This document shows positions 39,706 through 48,986 of a stretch of 64,000 nucleotides of DNA, in pieces. The number at the start of each line of letters is the position of its first letter. Position 1 is the first letter of the stretch. The notes beneath the pieces are model-generated. The model searched no databases. It saw only the letters and a program-made list of their open reading frames with translations, and had not been told where the DNA came from. The stretch spans positions 76,649-140,648 of the forward strand of contig JABZIZ010000003.1 of NCBI GenBank assembly GCA_015258065.1, in the 5' to 3' direction. The translations under genes were made by a program, and so were the position numbers. The stretch comes from Lachnospiraceae bacterium. GTDB taxonomy: Bacteria > Bacillota > Clostridia > Lachnospirales > Lachnospiraceae.

Positions 39706-39852
39706 TTATTTCTTGAGCTGTTCGCATTTCTGGTTGCCAACGGTGCAAGAGGTCTTGCAAGCCGACTGGCAGGAAGTCTGGCACTCACCGCAACCACCCT
39801 TCTTCATACTTTCCTTCAAATTCCTGGTCGCCAGAGTTCTGATTCTCTTCAT
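39706..39852 (-). CDS. scfA: SCIFF ranthipeptide precursor ScfA (six Cys in forty-five), 48 aa
   Basis: Hand translation: MKRIRTLATRNLKESMKKGGCGECQTSCQSACKTSCTVGNQKCEQLKK. SD AAGGAGAA lies 8 nt upstream. Too short to appear in the ORF track. Confidence 0.9.
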   Translation of the reverse strand: MKRIRTLATRNLKESMKKGGCGECQTSCQSACKTSCTVGNQKCEQLKK

Positions 39853-39905
39853 TCTCTCTGTTCTCCTTTGCTATAATCAATAAACACCCGCAAAAAACAC
39901 AACTC

Positions 39906-39933
39906 AGTATAGCATGATTCATTTACTTGTGAA
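39906..39933 (-). promoter_or_regulatory. Putative sigma-A promoter for scfA, overlapping the 3' end of hlyC
   Basis: On the minus strand: TTCACA, a 16-nt spacer, then TATACT, about 50 nt upstream of the scfA ATG. Confidence 0.35.
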
Positions 39934-41205
39934 AGTGCCTGATGGATTTTCATTCGATGCCGCAGGAAGTTCCAGCAACACCTTTATAATGCGATGTTGT
40001 CTGAGACCCCGGCAGGTCAGAATCGTTCCATCTGCAAGCGTAATGCTCTCCCTGTTCTGCGGAAGACGATCCAGATGTCCGATCATGAGCCCCCCAATCG
40101 TATCGTAATCTTCCGAAGAGAGGGAAGTGTGTAAGGCATCATTGACATCATCCAGCTTCATCGTACCTTCAATCAGATATTTGCCTTCTCCCACCTGATT
40201 GATCAATCCCTCTTCATCCGAATCGTATTCATCACGGATTTCTCCCACAATCTCCTCCAGCAAATCCTCCATGGTAATCATGCCGGCACAGGCTCCATAC
40301 TCGCTAAGGACAAAAGCCACATTGACCGTCTTTTCCCTCATTTCCATCATTAAGTTGGCTGTTTTCTTAAACTCATAGGTGTAATAAGCATCACGAAGAT
40401 GGTCTTTAACGTGAAAAGGCTGATTCGCTTCTATGAAAAGCATGTCCTTGATGTTCAACATCCCGATCATATTGTCCGGATGATCCTCATAAACAGGAAG
40501 GCGGGTATACATCTCCTCTCTAAAAATCCGCATCACTTCTTCCAACGTGGCGTCTGTAGAAACGCAGGTCATATCGATCCTCGGAATCATGATGTCCTTC
40601 GCCAGTGCATCTCCGAAGTCAAACACATTGTTGATCATGTCTTTTTCTTCGCTCTTAATCACGCCGTCTTCGTGGGACACGTTCACGTAGGTTCGCAGCT
40701 CTTTTTCCGTAATGGTCTGATGCCCTGCGTCCCGGATCCCGAGCACTTTTAATACAAGACCGGAGAGCACATTGATCACAAAAATGAGCGGTGTCAACAT
40801 CTGCATTAAAAACCAAATGGCAGAAGCATATCGAAGAGCCATCTTTTCCGCTGTCGCCTTCGCCGCCGTTTTCGGTGTAATCTCTCCAAAAATAAGCACA
40901 AGAATGGTAAGGATTCCGGTGCCGAGGCCGATCGCAAAAGAGCCAAAAACTTTGGTGACAATGACCGTAGCAAGGGATGAAGCCGAAAGGTTGACCACAT
41001 TATTCCCAATGAGAATCGCTGTCAGCATCTTGGGATAGTTGGCATCTATTTTCAGAACTCTTGCCGCTCTGGTATTCCCTTCCGAAGCCAGCGTCTGGAT
41101 CCTTACCTTATTCACCGTACTCATTGCCGTCTCCGCCGATGAAAAAAAAGCCGACAAAGAAAGCAGTGTAATGAGAATCACAAATTGAATGATGATTTCC
41201 GTCAT
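39919..41205 (-). CDS. HlyC/CorC-family transporter (CNNM/DUF21 + CBS pair + CorC_HlyC)
   Basis: N-terminal DUF21 transmembrane domain, CBS pair, and a C-terminal transporter-associated domain. 428 aa. Confidence 0.85.
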   Translation of the reverse strand: MTEIIIQFVILITLLSLSAFFSSAETAMSTVNKVRIQTLASEGNTRAARVLKIDANYPKMLTAILIGNNVVNLSASSLATVIVTKVFGSFAIGLGTGILTILVLIFGEITPKTAAKATAEKMALRYASAIWFLMQMLTPLIFVINVLSGLVLKVLGIRDAGHQTITEKELRTYVNVSHEDGVIKSEEKDMINNVFDFGDALAKDIMIPRIDMTCVSTDATLEEVMRIFREEMYTRLPVYEDHPDNMIGMLNIKDMLFIEANQPFHVKDHLRDAYYTYEFKKTANLMMEMREKTVNVAFVLSEYGACAGMITMEDLLEEIVGEIRDEYDSDEEGLINQVGEGKYLIEGTMKLDDVNDALHTSLSSEDYDTIGGLMIGHLDRLPQNRESITLADGTILTCRGLRQHRIIKVLLELPAASNENPSGTFTSK

Positions 41206-41248
41206 GAAATCTGTTCCCCTTTGGCATTCCTATGATAGGATAAAAGCG

Positions 41249-41866
41249 ATGATTCGATTCTACTATGCCCACTTAAATGAATATACACCTTCGTCTCCCC
41301 TGCCTCATCCACTGTATCACCATGCCGGACTTTGCCTTCTGGAAAAAGGTTTAAGCGATTTGGGTGTCCCGGGGAATCGGTTTTCCCTTTCCTACGGCAT
41401 CCATGGAAAACCGTTTCTAACGAACGAACCAAATCTGCATTTTTCCATTTCTCATGCCGGTGCTTATGTGGTTTGCGCCCTCAGTGATCAAAACATAGGT
41501 GCAGACATCCTTGATTTTAGAAAAAATCAAAGGATCCTGTCCCTGGCAGAGCGCTTTTTCTCCTCTGAGAACCTCCGGCTTCTACAACAGGCAGCGAAAG
41601 AAGAACGGCCGCCTCTCTTCTTCCGCCTCTTTTGCGCCACAGAAAGTTATACAAAACTGATTGGCGACGGTCTCTCTCAGGGAATGAAAGATTTTTATAT
41701 GGATCAAGCACTTCTGCATGTGTACGATCACCGAAGAGCTTCCTCTGTCTCCGGATATCTGACAGAGCCGTTTGGGCAGGCAGGATATGCTTGCTTTCTC
41801 TGCACGCACATCCCGCTTGCAGAAGACATCTCCTGTATTCCTGTTTTCGTGAGGGATATCCTATAA
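41249..41866 (+). CDS. Sfp-type 4'-phosphopantetheinyl transferase
   Basis: Motifs GKP...HFSISHAG and FCATESYTK (the W/FxxKESxxK box). Start chosen at MIRFYYAHL to avoid an overlap with the divergent hlyC. Confidence 0.75.
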   Translation: MIRFYYAHLNEYTPSSPLPHPLYHHAGLCLLEKGLSDLGVPGNRFSLSYGIHGKPFLTNEPNLHFSISHAGAYVVCALSDQNIGADILDFRKNQRILSLAERFFSSENLRLLQQAAKEERPPLFFRLFCATESYTKLIGDGLSQGMKDFYMDQALLHVYDHRRASSVSGYLTEPFGQAGYACFLCTHIPLAEDISCIPVFVRDIL

Positions 41867-41928
41867 CGGAAGGCTCTTTTAACAGAAAGTTCCTTTAACG
41901 AAAGAATCCTTCTCCGGAAAAGACAACA

Positions 41929-43779
41929 TCAGCCCACTGCTCTGGTTGCCTGCTTCAGCCACTCCTTGATCTCCGGCTCCTCAATAAGCGGCTCTACCTT
42001 GTCATAGACCGCCTGATGATAAGCATTGAGATGATCAATATCTTCCTGCTGCATATACTTCGGATCAATTGCTTCCAGATCAATGGGAGCATAAGTTAAC
42101 ATCCCGAATTTCAAAAACTGTCCGTCGCTGTTCTCCAAATCCTTCTGCACTTCCAAAATATTCTCAATCCGGATCCCGTGACTGCCTTCTTTATACACCC
42201 CCGGTTCATCCGAAACGATCATCCCATCCATGATTTCTGCTGCAACCGATCCCTGTGCACTGCGCCAGGCGATTCTTTGCGGCCCTTCATGCACATTTAA
42301 CATATAACCGATTCCATGCCCGGTTCCGCACTTATAGTCCATGTGATTCTTCCACATCGGCTCTCTTGCAGCCAGATCCAAGGTCACTCCGTTGCTCCCC
42401 TGTAAAAAAATGAGATTCGCCAGGCGTAACATGCTCATCACGCTTAGCGTATAGTGCTTTTTGATTTCCTCACTGATCGGTCCGAGAACGATCGTTCTGG
42501 TGACGTCTGTCGTCCCCCCCATATAGGTTGCACCGGAATCCACCAGGAGCATTCCCTCCGGTTTCAAAGTGGCTGTTTTGTCTTTGGTTGCCTCATAATG
42601 CATCATGGCCGCATTGGCTCCATAGGCACTGATCGTAGGAAAGGATAATTCCACAAATCCCGGGATTTCACTACGCATGTGATCCAACTTCGTTGCTGCA
42701 GAATATTCTGTGATTTCCTGTTTGCCCACATTCTGCTTCAACCAGTAAATAAACCGGGTCAAAACCGCACTGTCTCTGCGATAAACTTCCCTGATATTCT
42801 TTAGCTCCGTTTCATTTTTTACCGCCTTCAGAAGCGTGGTCGGATTCATCTGATCGATCAGGGAAACACCCGCCCTCTTTGCCGCATCCTGTAACAAACG
42901 ATACAGCGTATAACTGATATTTTTCTGGTCATAGAGAATGTCGGAATCGGGATGAAAGGTGCGCAAAAAGTCGACGACCGAATGATAGTCTTCTAAAAGG
43001 ATCCCGTTCTTCCCTGCATAATCCTCTACCTCCGGCGTCAGCGCTCTCTTCTGGAGAAACAGATAAAAACGATCCTCTGTTACCAGGCAGTAGGAAAGGG
43101 CAACAGGATTGCACTCCACATCATCTGCCCTTAAGTTGGTTAACCACATGATATCATCCAGTTTACTGAGGAAATGTGTTTTCGCACCTGCCTCTTTCAT
43201 CTGTTGACGAACCTCCTGGAGCTTCTCCTGAAAGCTCCTGCCACACAACTCATCCGAAAGCAGGTAGACTTTCGTGCAGGGCAGAGCAGGACGATCTTTC
43301 CAGATATCCGCAGCCAGATCCAAATCATAGCGAAAGGTGATCTGCTTTTCTTTCAGCGTCTCTTCAAAATCCACCAGAATGTCGGCCGCATTGACCAGGC
43401 CGTCAAATCCCAGGCATTGCCCTTTCTGCATTTGCTCGCTCAGATATTCCTTGATCGTAGGGACTCCCTTATCCAACATGCGGTAAAGCGTAACTCCTGT
43501 CCCATCTATCTCTCTTTCCGCCTGAATAAAATACCTTCCGTCTGTCCACAGTCCTGCCCAGTTGGCAGAAACGACCAGTGTCCCGTTGGAGCCGGAAAAA
43601 TTGGAAAAAAACTCTCTGACCTTAAAGAAATCCGCCGAATACTCCGAATTATGATAGTCCGAAGTAGGCATCATATAATAATCAATGCCGTTCTCCGCCA
43701 TCTTGCTCCGCAGTTCTTTTAATCTGTCCATGATCATCTGACTCATATCTCCACTCCTTCTTTCCTTCATTTGACTCAA
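41929..43779 (-). CDS. pepP: Xaa-Pro aminopeptidase (M24B, long form with N-terminal creatinase-like domains)
   Basis: M24 metal ligands (HGIGYMLNVHE, DSGA) and about 600 aa of architecture. Confidence 0.85.
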   Translation of the reverse strand: MSQMKERRSGDMSQMIMDRLKELRSKMAENGIDYYMMPTSDYHNSEYSADFFKVREFFSNFSGSNGTLVVSANWAGLWTDGRYFIQAEREIDGTGVTLYRMLDKGVPTIKEYLSEQMQKGQCLGFDGLVNAADILVDFEETLKEKQITFRYDLDLAADIWKDRPALPCTKVYLLSDELCGRSFQEKLQEVRQQMKEAGAKTHFLSKLDDIMWLTNLRADDVECNPVALSYCLVTEDRFYLFLQKRALTPEVEDYAGKNGILLEDYHSVVDFLRTFHPDSDILYDQKNISYTLYRLLQDAAKRAGVSLIDQMNPTTLLKAVKNETELKNIREVYRRDSAVLTRFIYWLKQNVGKQEITEYSAATKLDHMRSEIPGFVELSFPTISAYGANAAMMHYEATKDKTATLKPEGMLLVDSGATYMGGTTDVTRTIVLGPISEEIKKHYTLSVMSMLRLANLIFLQGSNGVTLDLAAREPMWKNHMDYKCGTGHGIGYMLNVHEGPQRIAWRSAQGSVAAEIMDGMIVSDEPGVYKEGSHGIRIENILEVQKDLENSDGQFLKFGMLTYAPIDLEAIDPKYMQQEDIDHLNAYHQAVYDKVEPLIEEPEIKEWLKQATRAVG

Positions 43780-43853
43780 TCAAGATCGTCTGAATGAAAC
43801 CGTACGTTGTGTTCCTGGTCCCCTCCGCCCGGAATCTTTCGCTTGTTCGTCCC

Positions 43854-45380
43854 TTACCCCAACCTCAGAAAATCCATCAGACCCTTTTGCATATCCGAAA
43901 TGGCACAAACAGTGGTATGAAGAATTTCTGCACCCTGCAGAGAGGAAACCGCATCGGGCACGGAACAGGCAGAAAGCTGCGCCAGCTGATTCGCCAGTGC
44001 AAAATCATCTTTTCCTTTGTGTGCTTCTCCCAACGGCTTGTTCTGAATCGCATTCAAAACCGCTCTTGAAAACTTAAAAGGACTGGCGGTAGAGACAATG
44101 ACCGATGGTGTCTGATCGTTTGTTTCACTCCGGTATTTATTATAAACCGCTCGTGCAACTGCCGTATGCGTATCGATTAGATACCCTGTCTTTTCGAACA
44201 AATCCAAAATGGCATCCGCACACTCTTCTTCCGTTGCGTAGTTTCCATAAAAATCCTTCAGCCTTTCCCGCATCTCCTGACTGATTTCATATCTGCCTTT
44301 CCGCATAAGAGCATCCATCAGGGCAGAATCCTCTTCGGTATCCCTGTTTGCCAAATCGAACAGCAATCTTTCTAAATTGGAGGAAATCAGAATATCCATC
44401 GAAGGAGAAGCGGTCAGGATAAAGTCCCGATTCCGGTCATAGACACCGGTCTTGAAAAAATCAAAGAGCACTTTGTTGGAATTGGAAGCACAAATGAGCT
44501 TTCCCACCGGGAGTCCCATTTTTTTTGCATAATATGCCGCCAGAATATTTCCAAAATTGCCCGTAGGGACTACAAAATTGACCGGATCTCCCTCTGCGAT
44601 TCTCCCTTCTCCCAGGAGTCTTGCATAAGCATAGACATAGTATACAATCTGAGGAATCAGTCTGCCGATATTGATGGAATTGGCGGAGGAAAACCGAAGA
44701 CCTGCACCATCCATCTTCCTCTCCAGCTCTTTGTCCGTAAACATCTTTTTAACACCGGTCTGGGCATCATCAAAATTTCCTTCAATCCCGATGACACAGG
44801 TATTTGCCCCCTTCTGGGTCACCATCTGTTTCTCCTGAATGGGACTCACTCCGTGCTTCGGATAAAAGACACAGATGCGTGTCCCCGGGACGTCCGCAAA
44901 ACCTTCCAGCGCTGCTTTCCCCGTATCTCCGCTGGTAGCAGTTAAAATCACAATTTCATGCTTTTCCTTCTGCTTCTTCACCGCTTCCGTCATGAAATGT
45001 GGCAGAATGGAAAGTGCCATGTCTTTAAAGGCAAGCGTTCTTCCATGATAAAGCTCCAGATAATAAGCGCCTTCCGCCTCTACGATAGGAGCGATCACTT
45101 CCGAATCAAACTTATTGTCATAAGCCCTGCAGATACAGTCCCTCAGCTCACTCTCCGTAAAATCTGTCAACAGCAGCTTCATGACTTCGTAAGCGGTCTG
45201 TTGATAATCCATTGCGGAAAACTCCTTCATGGAACGATCCAACCTCGGCAGGCGATCCGGTACAAAGAGCCCTCCATCGTTCGCAAGTCCCTGCAAAATA
45301 GCAACGGAAGCAGGCACTCCTTTTCCCCTTCCTCTCGTTGATTGATAGGTGATCTCATCCCTCATTGTTGCTCCTTCCAT
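43854..45380 (-). CDS. thrC: Threonine synthase (long form)
   Basis: PLP-dependent fold with the lysine motif (FKD), 508 aa, N-terminal MRDEITYQSTRG. Confidence 0.9.
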   Translation of the reverse strand: MEGATMRDEITYQSTRGRGKGVPASVAILQGLANDGGLFVPDRLPRLDRSMKEFSAMDYQQTAYEVMKLLLTDFTESELRDCICRAYDNKFDSEVIAPIVEAEGAYYLELYHGRTLAFKDMALSILPHFMTEAVKKQKEKHEIVILTATSGDTGKAALEGFADVPGTRICVFYPKHGVSPIQEKQMVTQKGANTCVIGIEGNFDDAQTGVKKMFTDKELERKMDGAGLRFSSANSINIGRLIPQIVYYVYAYARLLGEGRIAEGDPVNFVVPTGNFGNILAAYYAKKMGLPVGKLICASNSNKVLFDFFKTGVYDRNRDFILTASPSMDILISSNLERLLFDLANRDTEEDSALMDALMRKGRYEISQEMRERLKDFYGNYATEEECADAILDLFEKTGYLIDTHTAVARAVYNKYRSETNDQTPSVIVSTASPFKFSRAVLNAIQNKPLGEAHKGKDDFALANQLAQLSACSVPDAVSSLQGAEILHTTVCAISDMQKGLMDFLRLG

Positions 45381-45425
45381 TGGTGTAAACCGGTTTTTGC
45401 AGTCATTTCTATCCTATATCTCATC

Positions 45426-46388
45426 TTATATTTTGTGAATCAGCGACAAAGCAAGCATCCCTTCCAGTAAAAGAAAAATAAGGAAGGCAGGCGAACGGAA
45501 AACGGTCCTCCAAAGCCCTTTTGAAGGATGATGCCTGCAGAATCCATTCCATACGACCTTTCTTTTGCAGAACAAAATCCCCAGTCCCAAACTCACAAAA
45601 ACAAGATCTAATCGATACCAAACTTCAGTGAGATCAAGAGCCCCATTCTCCGATACCAGGAAACCAAGGAGACTCCCGAATACAAAATTATTCAAAAAGT
45701 GAAATAAAATCGTATAACCAATGCCATATTCAATTGCAATGTATCCCAGTACCATGCCGATGTAAAGAGCAAAGATACTCTGCGGTAAATTCGCATGCAT
45801 TCCCCCAAACATCATTGCCGAAAAAAGGACGGCAAACCTCTTCCCATACGGCCTTACACTCTGTAACAAAAAGCCTCTGTAAACCATCTCCTCCATGAGA
45901 GGAGCAAAAAAACCTACATAAACCCACATCGGTATCGAAGGATCTACGCTGGTCGCCCTTTCTACACTATCTGCCAGACTGTATCCAAAGAAGCGGAAGG
46001 CTCTGTCCAACATGGCAGCGCTTAAGGAAAAAACCGTCTGTCCACACATGAAGAGCACAAAGAATTGCAAGAAAGTGGACAGATTCATCCTGCGCCCCCT
46101 CTTGAAAATCTGCCTGATAGGGACTCGATCTCTCATCCGGTATGCAAGTATGAGAAACCCAAGCGTAAAACCGATCATGGAACTGAGTGCACCAAAAGAA
46201 GACTCGCCTTGCACGAAGGTACCCGAATCTCCGATCGAGACACCCGCCCTCTGCGTCAGTACCTTCCACAGCGTGCGCAAGGAAGATAACCCGAACACGG
46301 TGGCGAACTGCACCAACTGGTAGAGCAGGAGCAGGAATACAATCTCATTGATTTCTCTTTTGAACCGAGTGCGATCAAGATCAGACAA
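45426..46388 (-). CDS. CPBP-family intramembrane metalloprotease (second copy)
   Basis: Motifs EEMVYRGFLL, FGGMHAN and FHFLNNF. TTG start with a GGATAGG SD. Polytopic. Confidence 0.75.
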   Translation of the reverse strand: MSDLDRTRFKREINEIVFLLLLYQLVQFATVFGLSSLRTLWKVLTQRAGVSIGDSGTFVQGESSFGALSSMIGFTLGFLILAYRMRDRVPIRQIFKRGRRMNLSTFLQFFVLFMCGQTVFSLSAAMLDRAFRFFGYSLADSVERATSVDPSIPMWVYVGFFAPLMEEMVYRGFLLQSVRPYGKRFAVLFSAMMFGGMHANLPQSIFALYIGMVLGYIAIEYGIGYTILFHFLNNFVFGSLLGFLVSENGALDLTEVWYRLDLVFVSLGLGILFCKRKVVWNGFCRHHPSKGLWRTVFRSPAFLIFLLLEGMLALSLIHKI

Positions 46389-46580
46389 ACGAAGACCTAT
46401 CCTATGAATCGTATACGAATTTACAACGCCCTGAAAATCTCATACAACCTACGACGCACGGTCCATCGCATCGTAAACTTAGGCAAGCTTACCTGCAACA
46501 GAGTTTTGGATCGTTTAAATCCACATCATCTTACCATGCACAGGGCACATGCGCAATTCCGGGCAGAAAGACGGGACTTC

Positions 46581-47399
46581 TCATCCTCGCCCGGATGCAA
46601 ATGATCCATGAAGATGCAGAACACGGGGAGAAATAGGAATCCTTCGATAGATTTCCGCATAATCGGAAGCGGAGAGATCCTCCAGATAATTTTGTCGAAA
46701 TTTGGTGGAAATTCCACTTTTCGCAAGAAGATCCGCTGCTTTATTATAGGCAATCGCAGCCTCTTCCTCTGTCTCATAATGTCCAACGACATAATTGCTT
46801 TGCACATGAATCACGGTTTTAAATTTTTGCATGCCGCGCGAAATGTATCTGTGCACGCCCTGGTACCGATTGATAATCTCAATGTTAAGGTAGCGAAGAT
46901 CCGTCTGATCGCCGTTGATAAAACGATAATCCCGGTTCAGAACTGCATGAGAACGGATGCCATAACGATTCAGAATATTGATTTGAGATCCGTAATCGGC
47001 GACAAAAAGATGCTTTCCCCTCTTCATGATTTTATGGGAAGAATAATAAAAGAGATCGTCAATATCGAATTTATAGACAAGCTTACGAGAAAGATAATAA
47101 AGAAAGTACCTCTTTTGCATGTAAATCGGCGTGGGAATATAGATTCCCTTATCTCTGTAGTTGATCAAAATCACATACTTTTCAAATGGAAGTGCTGTTT
47201 TTTTCGGAATCGAATCCATTGTGACTTCCGGGTGGGTAAGCGCATCCATTCCCTCCAGATAAGCCTCATGCGCCCTCTTGCCCGTTTTAAACGAGCCGAG
47301 TGCAATATGCTTCCTCTTCCAGGTAAGAGAAGCCCTGTAGTCGATTGTGCCTCCGTCTACACGCAGGCGCGGATATACCCCCGGCAAATGCGCTTTCAT
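46581..47399 (-). CDS. Protein with two AP2/ERF-like DNA-binding domains; putative DNA-binding protein, low-GC gene
   Basis: C-terminal YQGVHRY...KFKTVIHV...VGHYETEEEAAIAYNKAADLL fits the AP2 consensus (YRGV...W.A.I...LG.F.T.EEAA.AY). The N-terminus GVYPRLRVDGGTIDYRASLTWKRKHIALGSFKTGKRAHEAYLEG is a second AP2-like unit. GC is roughly 42%, against roughly 52% for neighbouring genes. Confidence 0.5.
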   Translation of the reverse strand: MKAHLPGVYPRLRVDGGTIDYRASLTWKRKHIALGSFKTGKRAHEAYLEGMDALTHPEVTMDSIPKKTALPFEKYVILINYRDKGIYIPTPIYMQKRYFLYYLSRKLVYKFDIDDLFYYSSHKIMKRGKHLFVADYGSQINILNRYGIRSHAVLNRDYRFINGDQTDLRYLNIEIINRYQGVHRYISRGMQKFKTVIHVQSNYVVGHYETEEEAAIAYNKAADLLAKSGISTKFRQNYLEDLSASDYAEIYRRIPISPRVLHLHGSFASGRG

Positions 47400-47541
47400 A
47401 TACTCCCTTCTACCTTCATATACTTCGTTCTACCAAAAAAGTCACTCTTCTCCAAAGGAAATGCTTCCTTGGGGAAGAATGACTTCACATGTTAGAATAA
47501 GCAGGACTTTTCGAGAAAGAGCGTCCCTTCTCCACCCATCC

Positions 47542-48366
47542 TTAAGCGGTCTTCGTTCCATCCGCAGCAGATGCATGCGTGGTGAAAATCGCTTTTTTCG
47601 GACACTTTTGTGCACAGGTTCCGCAATGGGTGCATTTCGACTGGTCGATTCTGGCCAGATTCTCTTCTACCACAATCGCCCCCGATGGACAATTCTTTTC
47701 ACAAATATGACAGGCAATGCAACCCACCTTGCAGTATTTGTTCACTTTTGCCCCCATGTCCTTTGACATACAGGAAACCACTTCCGTGTAAGTATAGGGC
47801 ACCAGATCAATCAGATGACGAGGACAGATTTCAATGCACTTCTTACAAGCCTTACAGGCCTCTCTGTCAACGACCGCAACCCCGTTTACCACATGAATGG
47901 CATCAAACGGACAAACTCTCTCACAGCTCCCGCCACCGAGGCAGCCGAACGAGCAGGTTTTTGCACCTCCTCCCGGCGTCTGTTCGATGAGTCGGCAATC
48001 ATTGGTTCCAAAATACTCGTACTTGCTGCTGGCTTTCTCGCAGTCTCCGTTGCAATGTACATAAGCGACCTGCCTGACCGTGCTGCCTGCTTCCACTCCC
48101 ATAATGGCTGCAATCGCATTCCCAACGGGTGCTCCGCCAACCGGACATTGATTCACCGGAGCCTCTCCCTTTGCAATCGCCGCCGCAAGGCCGGAGCAAC
48201 CTGCATAACCGCAGCCTCCACAGTTGTTTCCGGGTAGTGCTTCCAAAATCTGCGCTTCTTTTTCATCCACATCCACATGTAGCTTGATGTTGGCGAATCC
48301 TAACACAAAGCCGATCACGATACCGACAATTGCAACCACCAAAGTTGCCAGTAAAATCGGATTCAT
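47542..48366 (-). CDS. rnfB: Rnf complex subunit B (polyferredoxin)
   Basis: N-terminal transmembrane segment, CGGCGYAGC motif, and several CxxCxxCxxxCP ferredoxin motifs. Confidence 0.9.
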   Translation of the reverse strand: MNPILLATLVVAIVGIVIGFVLGFANIKLHVDVDEKEAQILEALPGNNCGGCGYAGCSGLAAAIAKGEAPVNQCPVGGAPVGNAIAAIMGVEAGSTVRQVAYVHCNGDCEKASSKYEYFGTNDCRLIEQTPGGGAKTCSFGCLGGGSCERVCPFDAIHVVNGVAVVDREACKACKKCIEICPRHLIDLVPYTYTEVVSCMSKDMGAKVNKYCKVGCIACHICEKNCPSGAIVVEENLARIDQSKCTHCGTCAQKCPKKAIFTTHASAADGTKTA

Positions 48367-48383
48367 AGTCCTCTCTCCTTTCG

Positions 48384-48983
48384 TTAAAATGAGATGCCGG
48401 AGAATCCGACAAACGCAATGGCCATGAGTGCGGAAGACAGAAGCACCATCGGCATGCCCTTAAACGATTCCGGAAAATCATTATATTCCATTTTCTCCCG
48501 GATTCCCGCCATCAGCACAATCGCAATGGTAAATCCAATTGCAGTAAACAGACCGGTTACCGTACTCTTGAGAACGAAATGATCTTTAAATCCGGCACTC
48601 ACATTGTTGATTGCAACACCAAGGACAGCACAGTTGGTCGTGATCAGCGGAAGGTAAATTCCAAGCGCCTGATAAAGAGCCGGCATAAACTTCTTTAACA
48701 CCATCTCTACAAACTGCACCAACATGGCGATGACCAGGATAAAGATAATCGTATTTAAGTACTCAAGATCCAGCGGCAAAATCACAAACTGGTATAGGCA
48801 GGCACAGACCAAAGACGCAATCGTTAAGACGAAGGTAAGCGCCATTCCCATGCCAAATGCCGTATCCACCTTTCTGGAAACTCCAAGGAACGGACACAAT
48901 CCCAAAAACTGACTCAAAACGACATTGCTGATCAGGGAAGAAGTGACGGCAATGACGACCAATTCATAGATAGTTTTTCCCAC
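48384..48983 (-). CDS. rnfA: Rnf complex subunit A
   Basis: 199-aa polytopic RnfA/NqrE family protein. Confidence 0.95.
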   Translation of the reverse strand: MGKTIYELVVIAVTSSLISNVVLSQFLGLCPFLGVSRKVDTAFGMGMALTFVLTIASLVCACLYQFVILPLDLEYLNTIIFILVIAMLVQFVEMVLKKFMPALYQALGIYLPLITTNCAVLGVAINNVSAGFKDHFVLKSTVTGLFTAIGFTIAIVLMAGIREKMEYNDFPESFKGMPMVLLSSALMAIAFVGFSGISF

Positions 48984-48986
48984 TTC

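Noticed and set aside
39646-39876. Plus-strand 76-aa ORF in the track (MKQAAAFPARCLQNN...)
   Set aside because: It is antisense to the clearly recognisable SCIFF precursor scfA, which is on the minus strand with an SD and promoter. It has no SD and a biased composition.
46404-46604. Plus-strand 66-aa ORF (MNRIRIYNALKISYNLRRT...) in the AP2-CPBP spacer
   Set aside because: It has no SD, overlaps the AP2 gene stop, and has a basic low-complexity composition. The spacer is more likely non-coding.
46608-47495. Plus-strand 295-aa ORF antisense to the AP2 gene
   Set aside because: The minus-strand frame contains recognisable AP2 motifs (YETEEEAAIAYNKAADLL) and has an SD. The plus-strand product is low-complexity with no motifs.
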